Source of the DNA: Geotalea uraniireducens Rf4 | Lineage (GTDB): Bacteria > Desulfobacterota > Desulfuromonadia > Geobacterales > Geobacteraceae | NCBI RefSeq assembly: GCF_000016745.1 | Contig: NC_009483.1 | Coordinates: forward strand, 1,770,001 to 1,802,000 | Reading direction: 5' to 3' | Length of the DNA stretch: 32,000 nucleotides | Part shown: positions 8,651-16,667 of the stretch, in pieces | How the letters are laid out: each line of letters opens with the position of its first letter | Position numbering within the stretch: the first letter of the stretch is position 1 | The notes under the pieces: generated by a model | What the model was told of the DNA's origin: nothing | Databases searched by the model: none | What the model saw: only the letters and a program-made list of their open reading frames with translations | Position numbers and translations under genes: made by a program

Positions 8651-9499
8651 ATGAATACAGTCATCTACTATTATACCGGCACCGGCAATTCCCTCTGGAC
8701 AGCGCGTGCCTTCGCTGAAAAGCTCGGCGACACGGAGCTCGTACCGATGCACCGGATGAATCACGGCTCGCACAGCAGCAAAGCCGATATGGTCGGTCTC
8801 GTCTTTCCGGTCCACATCTGGGGCGTCCCGAGGCTTGTGCGTAATTTTCTTCAATCGATGGGAAAGCGACCCGGTGTCTATTATTTCGCCGTTGCGGTTA
8901 ACGGCGGGCAGGTATCGCGCACCCTCATTCAGCTCAAGGAGCTCATGGCCAAGGACGGCCTCACTCTTTCCGCCGGGTTCGACATTAAATTTCCGAGCAA
9001 TTATATTCCTTGGGGAGGGCCGGGTCCGGTGGAGGTGCAGCGGAAACTATTCAACGCGGCGACGGAGAAAATCAAGGTCGCGGCATTGTATATCTCAAAC
9101 CGGAAGTCGGGACTCATAGAGAAGGGCCCCTTGTGGCAGAGAGTGCTTTTCACCGGATTATACAAGATGACCTACAACCTCGTGAAGACGTTGGACAATA
9201 GCTTTCATATCGATGGCACGTGCACCTCCTGCGGCATCTGCGAGAGGGCTTGCCCCGTGAAGAACATCACGTTGGAAGCGGGAAGACCCCTCTGGCACGG
9301 CAGCTGTGAACAGTGCCTCGCCTGCATCCAGTGGTGCCCCGAAGAATGCATTCAGTATGGAAAGAAGACGAAGAACTACGAACGGTACCATCACCCTGAG
9401 GTGAAGGTGGAAGATATTTTACGAGAACTCATATCAAAGCGAGATTTTCGATGGCAGGGGGCGCGAGTGAATGACATTGTTTTTCATAAGGTCGAATAG
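8651..9499 (+). CDS. Flavodoxin-like / 2x[4Fe-4S] ferredoxin fusion (EFR1-family-like)
   Basis: N-terminus VIYYYTGTGNSLW (flavodoxin-like loop). Two ferredoxin motifs in the C-terminal part: CTSCGICERACP and CEQCLACIQWCP. Start chosen at MNTV; the track ORF begins at 8606. Confidence 0.75.
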   Translation: MNTVIYYYTGTGNSLWTARAFAEKLGDTELVPMHRMNHGSHSSKADMVGLVFPVHIWGVPRLVRNFLQSMGKRPGVYYFAVAVNGGQVSRTLIQLKELMAKDGLTLSAGFDIKFPSNYIPWGGPGPVEVQRKLFNAATEKIKVAALYISNRKSGLIEKGPLWQRVLFTGLYKMTYNLVKTLDNSFHIDGTCTSCGICERACPVKNITLEAGRPLWHGSCEQCLACIQWCPEECIQYGKKTKNYERYHHPEVKVEDILRELISKRDFRWQGARVNDIVFHKVE

Positions 9500-9503
9500 T
9501 CAT

Positions 9504-9562
9504 AACGAGCGGCTGGAGGCGACTGGCGCTGTAAGGCGCGCCAGCGCCTCAGCTTTCTCGTT
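9504..9562 (+). other. Long imperfect stem-loop between the ferredoxin-fusion gene and lspA
   Basis: 59 nt: aacgag..ctg(g)aggcg(a)ctggcgc-tgtaaggc-gcgccag cgcctcag..ctcgtt. This gives about 21 base pairs in three helical segments with two single-base bulges and one internal loop, and no T-run. Confidence 0.45.
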
Positions 9563-9600
9563 AGAGGATCAAGAAATAAAAAAAGATAAGGAGATCAAAC

Positions 9601-10101
9601 ATGAATCCGGTAAAAAGAACTTTATTGATTGCGCCTGTGTTGCTCTCCTGTGTCGGATGTGACCAGGTAACCAAAAACATTGCCCGGCATGGTCTGGCAA
9701 ATTCAGAACCAATCGCTTTCTTAAACAATATATTTCGTTTGCAGTATGCCGAGAATCCCGGGGCTTTTCTCAGCCTTGGGGCCGGTTCACCCGAGAACAT
9801 AAGATTCTGGGTATTCACCTTTTTTACTGGGATATTTCTGGCATGCATGCTCGTTTACCTTCTGGTTTCCCCGAATAATTCTAAAGTAAAAATGATTTCC
9901 CTTTCCCTTGTGGTCGGAGGCGGTATCGGGAACTTGATTGACCGTATTTTCAACGACGGGTGCGTCATCGACTTTATGAATATAGGCATAGGCTCATTGC
10001 GTACCGGGGTCTTTAATGTTGCCGATATTGCGATTTCATTTGGCGTTGTTTGGCTCTTCGCCATTTCTTTCAAAGCTTCAAAAAAGAAGCCGGCCCTTTA
10101 A
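9601..10101 (+). CDS. lspA: Lipoprotein signal peptidase II
   Basis: 166-aa ORF, AAGGAG RBS, 4 TM segments. Conserved LspA blocks: FRLQYAENPGAFLSLG and IDFMNIG..FNVADIAISFG. Confidence 0.85.
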   Translation: MNPVKRTLLIAPVLLSCVGCDQVTKNIARHGLANSEPIAFLNNIFRLQYAENPGAFLSLGAGSPENIRFWVFTFFTGIFLACMLVYLLVSPNNSKVKMISLSLVVGGGIGNLIDRIFNDGCVIDFMNIGIGSLRTGVFNVADIAISFGVVWLFAISFKASKKKPAL

Positions 10102-10219
10102 GCTTTTCAGCCCCTAAAACGGCTTTCCTCAAGCCCAGGACAGTGTCTCCATGGCGGAACTTTTCTCGGTTTCGTCACGCCCGGACATGCGTCACCCACA
10201 AATTCCCCTGAAATCTCCC

Positions 10220-10276
10220 TTGACACATATACCCCTTGGGGGTATCTTTGTATTGCGACATACCCCCAATGGGTAT
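10220..10276 (+). promoter_or_regulatory. csoR-copA promoter with two CsoR-type operator palindromes
   Basis: TTGACA (10220-10225), a 17-nt spacer, then TATCTT (10243-10248). Palindrome 1 is ATACCCC-TTG-GGGGTAT (10229-10245) and overlaps the spacer and -10. Palindrome 2 is ATACCC-CCAAT-GGGTAT (10260-10276). Confidence 0.6.
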
Positions 10277-10296
10277 TGCATGAACAGGAGGATCGC

Positions 10297-10587
10297 ATGA
10301 ACGGTACATCACAGAAAAGGCTGGCGACGCGGGTCAAGCGCATCGCCGGACAGGTGGGGGGGATAGAGCGGATGCTGGAAGACAAACGCTATTGCGTGGA
10401 TATCCTTAACCAGATTGCGGCCGTGCGCTCGGCCCTGGATGCCCTGGGCATCGAGTTGCTCACCAGGCATCTGGAGATGTGCGTGCTGGGGCATGGCAGC
10501 GGCTCGGAACATGAAACCGCCAAGCCTATGACGCAGCAGGAACTTCTTGATGAAGTCAAAACCGCGCTGTCGCGGTTTCTGAAGTAA
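10297..10587 (+). CDS. csoR: CsoR-family copper-sensing transcriptional repressor
   Basis: The ATG at 10297 is preceded by AGGAGG. The DUF156/CsoR core is [28 protein letters not shown], with the C...HxxxC ligand pattern (YC.., RHLEMC). Confidence 0.85.
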   Translation: MNGTSQKRLATRVKRIAGQVGGIERMLEDKRYCVDILNQIAAVRSALDALGIELLTRHLEMCVLGHGSGSEHETAKPMTQQELLDEVKTALSRFLK

Positions 10588-10769
10588 GGGACTGTCAGGA
10601 AATAAGTGTTACATATAAGGCGTTCAGATTTGGGTCGAATTTTGTAGGTCCGATTGAGGCAAACCGCAGGCGTAGCAGAGCTACGCTGAGGATTTGGCGA
10701 TTGAGGAATGGCGAAAGACGGCCCGAAGATGAGATGCATGATTGTTACAGTTATTTCCTGACAGTCCCT
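10587..10769. repeat. 183-bp element bounded by inverted repeats between csoR and copA (MITE-like or structured intercistronic RNA)
   Basis: Terminal inverted repeats agggactgtcaggaaataa(g)tgt(t)aca (10587-10613) and its complement at 10743-10769: 19 perfect bp, 25/27 overall. Interior has a 7-bp hairpin GCGTAGC-AGA-GCTACGC (10670-10686) and a direct repeat cgattgagg (10651-10659, 10698-10706). Confidence 0.6.
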
Positions 10770-10782
10770 AAGGAGGGGCCAC

Positions 10783-13176
10783 ATGCAAAAAGCTGCATTC
10801 GCTATCACCGGCATGTCGTGCGTCAATTGCGCGGCCAGGATCGAGAAGGCGCTCGGAGAGACCGCCGGCATCAGCCGGGCTTCCGTTAACTTCGCCATGG
10901 AGGAGTTGCTGGTAGAGTTCGACGACGCTGTCATCACTAGCGGGGCGATCGAGGAGAAGGTCACGAAGCTCGGGTACGGCATCAGGGCCAAGGGGGGCGC
11001 AGGGGAGCTCCGCTTCGGCGTCATGGGGCTGCACTGCGCCTCGTGCGTAAACAACCTGGAGAAAAAGCTCCTCGCCGCGCCTGGTGTGACTGCGGCGGTG
11101 GTTAATCTGGCGCAGGAGTCGGCCTTTGTCCGCTTCGATCCATCAACCATCGCCCCGGCGGAGATTTGTGCCGTGGTGACCGCAGCCGGCTACCAGCCGG
11201 TTCCGGAAGGGGCGGCAAAGGAGGACGAGGCAAAGACATACCGGAACCAGCGCAACTGGTTCATGGCGAGCCTCCTCCTCTCCCTCCCCATTATGCTCAC
11301 CATGGGTGTGCACCACATCCGGGCCGTCGGGTGGATGAACCTGGTGCTGGCCTCCATCGTCCAGTTCACGGCCGGGCTCACCTTCTACCGCGGCTCCTTC
11401 TACGCCCTTAAAAGCCGCAGCGCCAACATGGACGTGCTGGTGGCCCTTGGGACATCGGCGGCCTACTTCTATTCCCTGTTTGCCTTCTTCGGCGCCTTCG
11501 GCGAACATGGCGGCGAGGTCTTTTTCGAGACCTCGGCCATGCTGATCGCCTTCATCCGCCTCGGCAAGTACCTGGAAGCCAGGGCCCGCGGCAAGGCAGG
11601 CGAAGCCCTGAAGAAGCTCCTCAGGCTTCAGGCCGACAAGGCGCGGCTCATCACGGATGAGGGGGAGAAAGAGGTGCCGGCCTCCATGGTGCGGGTTGGC
11701 GACCTGCTCCTGGTCCGCCCCGGCGAGACAATCCCCACCGACGGAGAGATCGTGGAGGGAAGCACCAGCGTGGACGAATCCATGGTGACCGGCGAGTCGG
11801 TGCCTGCGGATAAGGTGGCAGGAGATGCTGTTACCGGCGCCACCATTAACCGGACCGGTCTTATCCGGGTGCGCGCCACGCGGGTGGGAGAGGAGACGCT
11901 CCTTTCCCAGATCGTGAAAATGGTGCAGGAGGCGCAAGGAGACAAGGCGCCGATCCAGCGCTTCGCCGACCGGGTCTCCGGTGTGTTCGTGCCGGTGGTT
12001 GTGGCGCTGGCGCTCCTCACCTTCGGCCTATGGTACGCTCTGCTTAACGAGCCGTTCCTCTTCGCCTTCAAGCTTGTCATCGCCGTTGTGGTCATCGCCT
12101 GCCCCTGCGCCATGGGGCTTGCCACGCCTACCGCCATCATGGTCGGGAGCGGAGTGGGGCTTTCCCGCGGCATCCTCATCAAACGGGGGTCGGTGCTGGA
12201 GAACATCTCCAGACTTCAGGCAATCCTGCTGGACAAGACCGGCACCCTGACCGAGGGGCGTCCGACGCTGACCGACGTGGTTGTAGCGAAGGCCGTGGAC
12301 GAGGGGAGGTTCCTGGAATGCCTCGCCTCGGCCGAGTCACAGTCGACCCACCCGCTGGCCCAGGCGGCGGTGCAGGGGGCGACGGCGCGGGGAATCGCGC
12401 CCGGTCCCGTTTCCGATTACCGTGAAAAAGGGGGATTCGGCGTTGCCTGCACCTTCGGCGGCATGCAGCTTATGGCCGGGAGCGCCCGCCTCCTGGAAGA
12501 GGCCGGCATCTCCGTTGCGTCGCTGGAGGCTTCCGCGCTACGGCTTGCCGAAGAGGGGAAATCGCTGATCTATGTGGCGGCGGGCGAGCGGCTCCTCGGC
12601 ATCGCTGCCCTGGCCGACAGGCTGAAGGCGTCTTCGGCGGCCGCGGTGGTGGAGATGCGGCGCCTCGGGATCAAGACTTTCATGATCACCGGCGACCAGA
12701 GGGCCGTGGCCGCTGCCATTGCGCGTCAGGTGGGAGTGGACGGCTTCGAGGCGGAGGTCCTCCCCGACAGGAAGCAGCAGGTGGTGAAGGAGTACCAGGA
12801 GAAAGGGCTGTCGGTGGGGATGGTGGGGGACGGCATCAACGACGCCCCTGCCCTGGCCCGGGCCGACATCGGTATCGCCATCGGCGGCGGGACCGACGTG
12901 GCCAAGGAAACCGGCGACGTTATCCTGGTGCGCGACGACCTGATGGACGCAGTGCGGGCTATCAGGTTAGGGCGGGCCACGCTGGCGAAGATCAAGCAGA
13001 ACCTCTTCTGGGCACTCTTCTACAACATCCTCGGCATCCCCATCGCCGCCGGGGTTCTCTACTATCCATTGGGGATCACCCTGAAGCCCGAGTTCGCCGG
13101 CCTCGCCATGGCCTTCTCTTCGGTTTCGGTGGTGACCAATTCGCTGCTGCTGAAACGGGTGAGAAATAAGTTGTGA
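10783..13176 (+). CDS. copA: Copper-translocating P1B-type ATPase
   Basis: 797-aa ORF, AGGAGG RBS. Two N-terminal HMA domains (GMSCVNC, GLHCASC), TM CPC motif ([11 protein letters not shown]), DKTGTLT phosphorylation site, GDGINDAP hinge. Confidence 0.95.
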   Translation: MQKAAFAITGMSCVNCAARIEKALGETAGISRASVNFAMEELLVEFDDAVITSGAIEEKVTKLGYGIRAKGGAGELRFGVMGLHCASCVNNLEKKLLAAPGVTAAVVNLAQESAFVRFDPSTIAPAEICAVVTAAGYQPVPEGAAKEDEAKTYRNQRNWFMASLLLSLPIMLTMGVHHIRAVGWMNLVLASIVQFTAGLTFYRGSFYALKSRSANMDVLVALGTSAAYFYSLFAFFGAFGEHGGEVFFETSAMLIAFIRLGKYLEARARGKAGEALKKLLRLQADKARLITDEGEKEVPASMVRVGDLLLVRPGETIPTDGEIVEGSTSVDESMVTGESVPADKVAGDAVTGATINRTGLIRVRATRVGEETLLSQIVKMVQEAQGDKAPIQRFADRVSGVFVPVVVALALLTFGLWYALLNEPFLFAFKLVIAVVVIACPCAMGLATPTAIMVGSGVGLSRGILIKRGSVLENISRLQAILLDKTGTLTEGRPTLTDVVVAKAVDEGRFLECLASAESQSTHPLAQAAVQGATARGIAPGPVSDYREKGGFGVACTFGGMQLMAGSARLLEEAGISVASLEASALRLAEEGKSLIYVAAGERLLGIAALADRLKASSAAAVVEMRRLGIKTFMITGDQRAVAAAIARQVGVDGFEAEVLPDRKQQVVKEYQEKGLSVGMVGDGINDAPALARADIGIAIGGGTDVAKETGDVILVRDDLMDAVRAIRLGRATLAKIKQNLFWALFYNILGIPIAAGVLYYPLGITLKPEFAGLAMAFSSVSVVTNSLLLKRVRNKL

Positions 13177-13289
13177 CAGGAACAGGATGGAAGAACAAAC
13201 CACAGGATGGAAGAGATGAAGGCCGGACTATCTCAGCAACTCGCAACCGTCACGGCTGCGAAGGCGTCCTGCGGGAAGCAGGGGAAACG

Positions 13290-13341
13290 GCCGAATACAG
13301 GAGAGGGCGAATACCATTCGTCGTAACCGTGAGGCTGACAG
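13290..13341 (+). repeat. Direct repeat copy 2 (orphan remnant of a gene 3' end)
   Basis: Matches 6236-6287 (15 + 32 identical nt separated by 5 divergent nt). In the same frame it would read ..GRIQERANTIRRNREADRRM-stop. Weaker similarity with indels extends ~30 nt upstream. Confidence 0.85.
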
Positions 13342-13350
13342 AAGAATGTG

Positions 13351-13398
13351 AAAGGTCAGACCTACGCAATTGGCAATTGCGCAGGTCTAAACCTTTTT
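13351..13398 (+). terminator. Rho-independent terminator-like palindrome
   Basis: aaaggt-c-agacctacgcaattg-g-caattgcgcaggtct-aa-accttt followed by a T-run (13394-13398). The 15-bp arms carry one mismatch, plus an outer 6-bp helix. Confidence 0.55.
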
Positions 13399-13435
13399 CA
13401 TGTGCTCTAAATTCTCCAATTCGCCATCATACTTT

Positions 13436-13627
13436 TCACAGATGAAAGATGAAACTTATTCCCTTTTCAGATACATCCTTACAATTTCGACATATCACAT
13501 ATGAGGGTTCTTTTTGAGAGATTTGCCACCACCATGATCCTATGAAAACCATTATGCCAAGACCCAAAAAACGAGGCCATTCAGCAACTACCTCAGAAAA
13601 CTTCTTAGGTGTCGCTCCTTGGGCCAT
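13436..13627 (-). CDS. Possible small membrane protein (63 aa)
   Basis: Internal ATG of the 13436-13708 ORF with one hydrophobic segment (WPRFLGLGIMVFIGSWWW). No convincing RBS, so this could be noise at the island edge. Confidence 0.25.
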   Translation of the reverse strand: MAQGATPKKFSEVVAEWPRFLGLGIMVFIGSWWWQISQKEPSYVICRNCKDVSEKGISFIFHL

Positions 13628-13653
13628 TTTGTTAAATTTGCCATTGGCTACCC

Positions 13654-14622
13654 CTATTGCCCATCGAGAAATTTGATTACAGCTTGTTGAATGTACCGGT
13701 AATTCCATTCGATGAAAGGAATGTGGCCCACTTTGTTCGCATAAACGAAGCTGATGTCCTTGCTGCCGATTTTAGTGACTAATTCGAGGACATCGGCCTT
13801 TGATGAGGCGATATCTCCCGGACCATTCATAATAAGCACTCTCTTGTCAAATTTTTCCAGATCTTCAATGACCGGCAGACGGTATGATTCGAGGAAGAAT
13901 CCAACGGAGAACGAGCGGGTTTCATTGTAATAGTTTTGGACCCACTCCATGACTTCTGGTTCCGATGAAATGAATAAGGGGTACAGTTGTGGGACGAAAT
14001 TCATGTAGCCGTTTGGAGCATCGAGAAACATCTGTTCCGGCAGGATTTGCGCCGCCACATCGCCAATCTTGAAGTAGAAACCGCTCAGAAGGATGACATT
14101 CCCCACCAGTTCAGGAGCTTCCATTGACGCCTTCACCGATTGCCAGGCGCCGGTCCCATCTCCCAGCAAATCGACCTTGCCGATCCCTTTCTCAGCCTGC
14201 AGGTGCCGTATGACGGCAATGAGTTGTTTTGCCGATGTTTCCGTGGATATCGTTCTGCCGTCCGTCGGCCGGGTGCTTGCCCCGAATCCCAGGTTGTCGA
14301 CGGCATAAACATCATAGCCGTGCTCCGCAAGGAAGTTCATGAGTGAATAACCCTTGACTGGCACATCGTATATCATGTGATCCGTCCCTCCCCCATGAAG
14401 GAGGATAATGGCCTTTGAAACCTGTTGCCCAATAAGCCTGCGCGCCACTTTTTCCTTAACATGCAGGGTAACTCCTGCATCGGCAGGAATGTAATGGCTG
14501 AACTCTTGTATTTGCTTGAATTCATAGCTCTTTTCGTCAAAATGGGCGGCCTTTGCATCATAATTGATGACAAATACCGCAAGGAACATCATGAAAAACC
14601 AAGTTGCAAAGATCTTACGCAT
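13654..14622 (-). CDS. Exported alpha/beta-hydrolase-fold protein lacking the canonical nucleophile serine
   Basis: 322 aa, GGAGGG RBS, signal peptide (..VINYDAKAA). Has the HGGG oxyanion motif, DNLGFGAS, a nucleophile-elbow position reading LLGDGTGAW (Gly where Ser is expected), and later GPGD and GH motifs. Confidence 0.7.
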   Translation of the reverse strand: MRKIFATWFFMMFLAVFVINYDAKAAHFDEKSYEFKQIQEFSHYIPADAGVTLHVKEKVARRLIGQQVSKAIILLHGGGTDHMIYDVPVKGYSLMNFLAEHGYDVYAVDNLGFGASTRPTDGRTISTETSAKQLIAVIRHLQAEKGIGKVDLLGDGTGAWQSVKASMEAPELVGNVILLSGFYFKIGDVAAQILPEQMFLDAPNGYMNFVPQLYPLFISSEPEVMEWVQNYYNETRSFSVGFFLESYRLPVIEDLEKFDKRVLIMNGPGDIASSKADVLELVTKIGSKDISFVYANKVGHIPFIEWNYRYIQQAVIKFLDGQ

Positions 14623-14646
14623 AATTAAATCCCTCCTCGAAATATT

Positions 14647-15615
14647 TTACAGACAGATATTGTTTTCAGAATACCAGTGCCATGCCTGATCAACCCCTTC
14701 GAAAACTGTCGTCTTAGGTTGCCAACCGAGATCGTTGTCGCAGCTGTGCGCGAAATTGATGGAAAGGATATCGACTGCCCGCTTTGTCAGAGCGGGCGGC
14801 TTCTCCCTGCCGAGCAAGGAATAAATTCCTTCTGAAATCATGGCCAACGGGAAAACCAGCCATTTCGGGAATTTGAGCCAGGGGATAGGCGAACCTGTCT
14901 TTTCGGCAATGAGCCTGATGAAATCGTGAATGCCCATTTCAAGTCTCCCTACTCCCACATATTTGCCGCCGATGGCTTTCTCGTTTTCCGCTGCAAGCAA
15001 GAAAAGCTCGCAAAGATCGTCGATAAAGATCAGCGGTGCCCGTCGCTCGCCCCCTGAAACCAGGAATACTTTGCCTTTTTTCAGGCTTTGGGCGATAAAT
15101 GGAATGAATTTACTGTCATAAGGTCCGAAGATGAGGCCGGGATAGATGATGATAGCCTTTAACCCTTTCTTCTTCTGGAACCACGTCACCTTCTTCTCTG
15201 CATAATATTTGCTTATGGCATAATTGGTGCTCAAAAATTTCAGGTATCTCCTTAGGCGCAAAACGGAAATGGTGGAACAATGAATGAGGCGGCAACCGGG
15301 ATTATGGAGCAAGAGCGCATTGCAGAGATTTTCTGTCCCGGTTACATTGATCGCCTGATATTGTTCCTTTGAGGCATGACTGACCATGGCGGCCAGATGA
15401 ATGCAGACATCCAGATCCTTTACAAATTCATGAAGAGACTCTGCATTGAGCAGATCTCCTCGTACGATTTCGATGTCTGAGCCGGCAGCGTTGGTATTGC
15501 GAACTAAACATCTGACCATGTGTCCTTTTGCCGCCGCCAATTCTGTCAGCCTCTGGCCGAGAGCCCCAGTGCAACCTGTTATGCCGATTCGAAGCTGTGT
15601 CTTCATGATGTCCAT
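14647..15615 (-). CDS. NAD-dependent epimerase/dehydratase family (extended SDR)
   Basis: 322 aa. N-terminal GITGCTGALG (GxxGxxG) and the catalytic YxxxK (YAISKYYAEK). The alternative ATG at 15606 forms an ATGA overlap with the upstream stop. Confidence 0.8.
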   Translation of the reverse strand: MDIMKTQLRIGITGCTGALGQRLTELAAAKGHMVRCLVRNTNAAGSDIEIVRGDLLNAESLHEFVKDLDVCIHLAAMVSHASKEQYQAINVTGTENLCNALLLHNPGCRLIHCSTISVLRLRRYLKFLSTNYAISKYYAEKKVTWFQKKKGLKAIIIYPGLIFGPYDSKFIPFIAQSLKKGKVFLVSGGERRAPLIFIDDLCELFLLAAENEKAIGGKYVGVGRLEMGIHDFIRLIAEKTGSPIPWLKFPKWLVFPLAMISEGIYSLLGREKPPALTKRAVDILSINFAHSCDNDLGWQPKTTVFEGVDQAWHWYSENNICL

Positions 15616-16664
15616 GTAATCCCCATGTTCTTTTTATGGGTGAATAGATAATTGATATAGTTCCTGGTGTATACCAGAGCTCTGTAACATTTTAAAAACA
15701 TTAGTCTTATCAGGGTACTGTCTTTTATGACGACAAGCAATGCGGGTATGTAGCCACGTTCAATATAGGCAATGATTGGATTCTCGGCTTTGTTCGGGAT
15801 CGGAGACTTTACCAGCAGAATCTTTTCACAGCGGTGTTGTTTCTCGTAGGCTATAAATTCTTTGAGACTGGAAACCATCACTACTTGCAAATTTTTTTTT
15901 TCAATGGTCTCGATTAAGGAAACTAATGATTTATTTACTGAACCAGATGTTGCAATAAGTAATGCATCTGTTATCCCTTCAAGCAATTCTTCGCTCAAGC
16001 TTTCGATCTCAACGATAGGACTGGCTTTACTACTGATCCACATGCAACTGGTTATGTATTTCATACTCTGTCGTTCCGGAAAAGAATGGCATATGAAATC
16101 ATAAATTTCGTTGATATGAGAGGGCAAAAAAGTAACGTAAGGAAGAAGTGCCAGCTGTTTCCCATTCTGTTCCCGAATAATCTTTTCCTTGTAATTAGCC
16201 ATCTGCACGAGAATCAGATCTTTCGGAAAAATAGAGTTGTAGTTCTTTATAATAATATGATTTGGTTCACAGAGCAGGACGTATTGGAAAGTTCCGTCGG
16301 ATTTCTCGAGAATAGTTCTGATTTTTCGAATAAAGGAACATGGGAGGTCCACTATCTCGACGCCCCGTGCCTTTAAAATTTTTTCCTCATTGACGATCGA
16401 GTCGTAACCGGTGTTGACGACTATGAAATTATTGTCATTCGGAAGGTCGCGGTAGCTACCGACTACATCGAGACCGAGAGTCTTCAGCCATTTCAGATCA
16501 ACTCCTACTCTGCCATTGTCATTACTGATCCACTCAACGATGAGATACATCTTCTTGGCGCCGGGGCGCAAAGAGTGCTCTATCATTTTGGGGAAAATAC
16601 CGTGCATTACCTTATTTTCAAGCCATTTGCATCTCCCGTCGTTTTTCAGGGTTACAACTTCCAT
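15603..16664 (-). CDS. Divergent IspH/LytB-like Fe-S protein (fold assignment by eye)
   Basis: 353 aa. Colinear by-eye matches to E. coli IspH blocks recalled from memory: GRCKWL~GFCAGV, VDLPCSFIRKI~FDATCPLVTKV, LLCEPNHII~LIGHAGHPEV, LLPYVTFL~FMTQTTLS, ITSCMWIS~DICYATTN, LLIATSGSVNKS~VLVVGSKNSSNS. The ORF itself is solid; the family call needs an HMM or structure search. Confidence 0.55.
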   Translation of the reverse strand: MEVVTLKNDGRCKWLENKVMHGIFPKMIEHSLRPGAKKMYLIVEWISNDNGRVGVDLKWLKTLGLDVVGSYRDLPNDNNFIVVNTGYDSIVNEEKILKARGVEIVDLPCSFIRKIRTILEKSDGTFQYVLLCEPNHIIIKNYNSIFPKDLILVQMANYKEKIIREQNGKQLALLPYVTFLPSHINEIYDFICHSFPERQSMKYITSCMWISSKASPIVEIESLSEELLEGITDALLIATSGSVNKSLVSLIETIEKKNLQVVMVSSLKEFIAYEKQHRCEKILLVKSPIPNKAENPIIAYIERGYIPALLVVIKDSTLIRLMFLKCYRALVYTRNYINYLFTHKKNMGITWTS

Positions 16665-16667
16665 GAA

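Noticed and set aside
10389-12206. Long minus-strand ORFs (253, 264 and 192 aa) antisense to csoR/copA
   Set aside because: These are shadow frames of a very GC-rich gene. Their products are Pro/Arg/Gly/Ala-rich with no recognisable motifs, whereas copA has every P-type ATPase signature.
13173-13445. 90-aa plus-strand ORF downstream of copA
   Set aside because: It starts inside the copA stop region and spans the orphan repeat remnant and the terminator palindrome. This is better explained as a decayed remnant plus non-coding sequence. The 13-nt direct repeat acaggatggaaga (about 13184 and 13202) inside it was noted but is too short to interpret.
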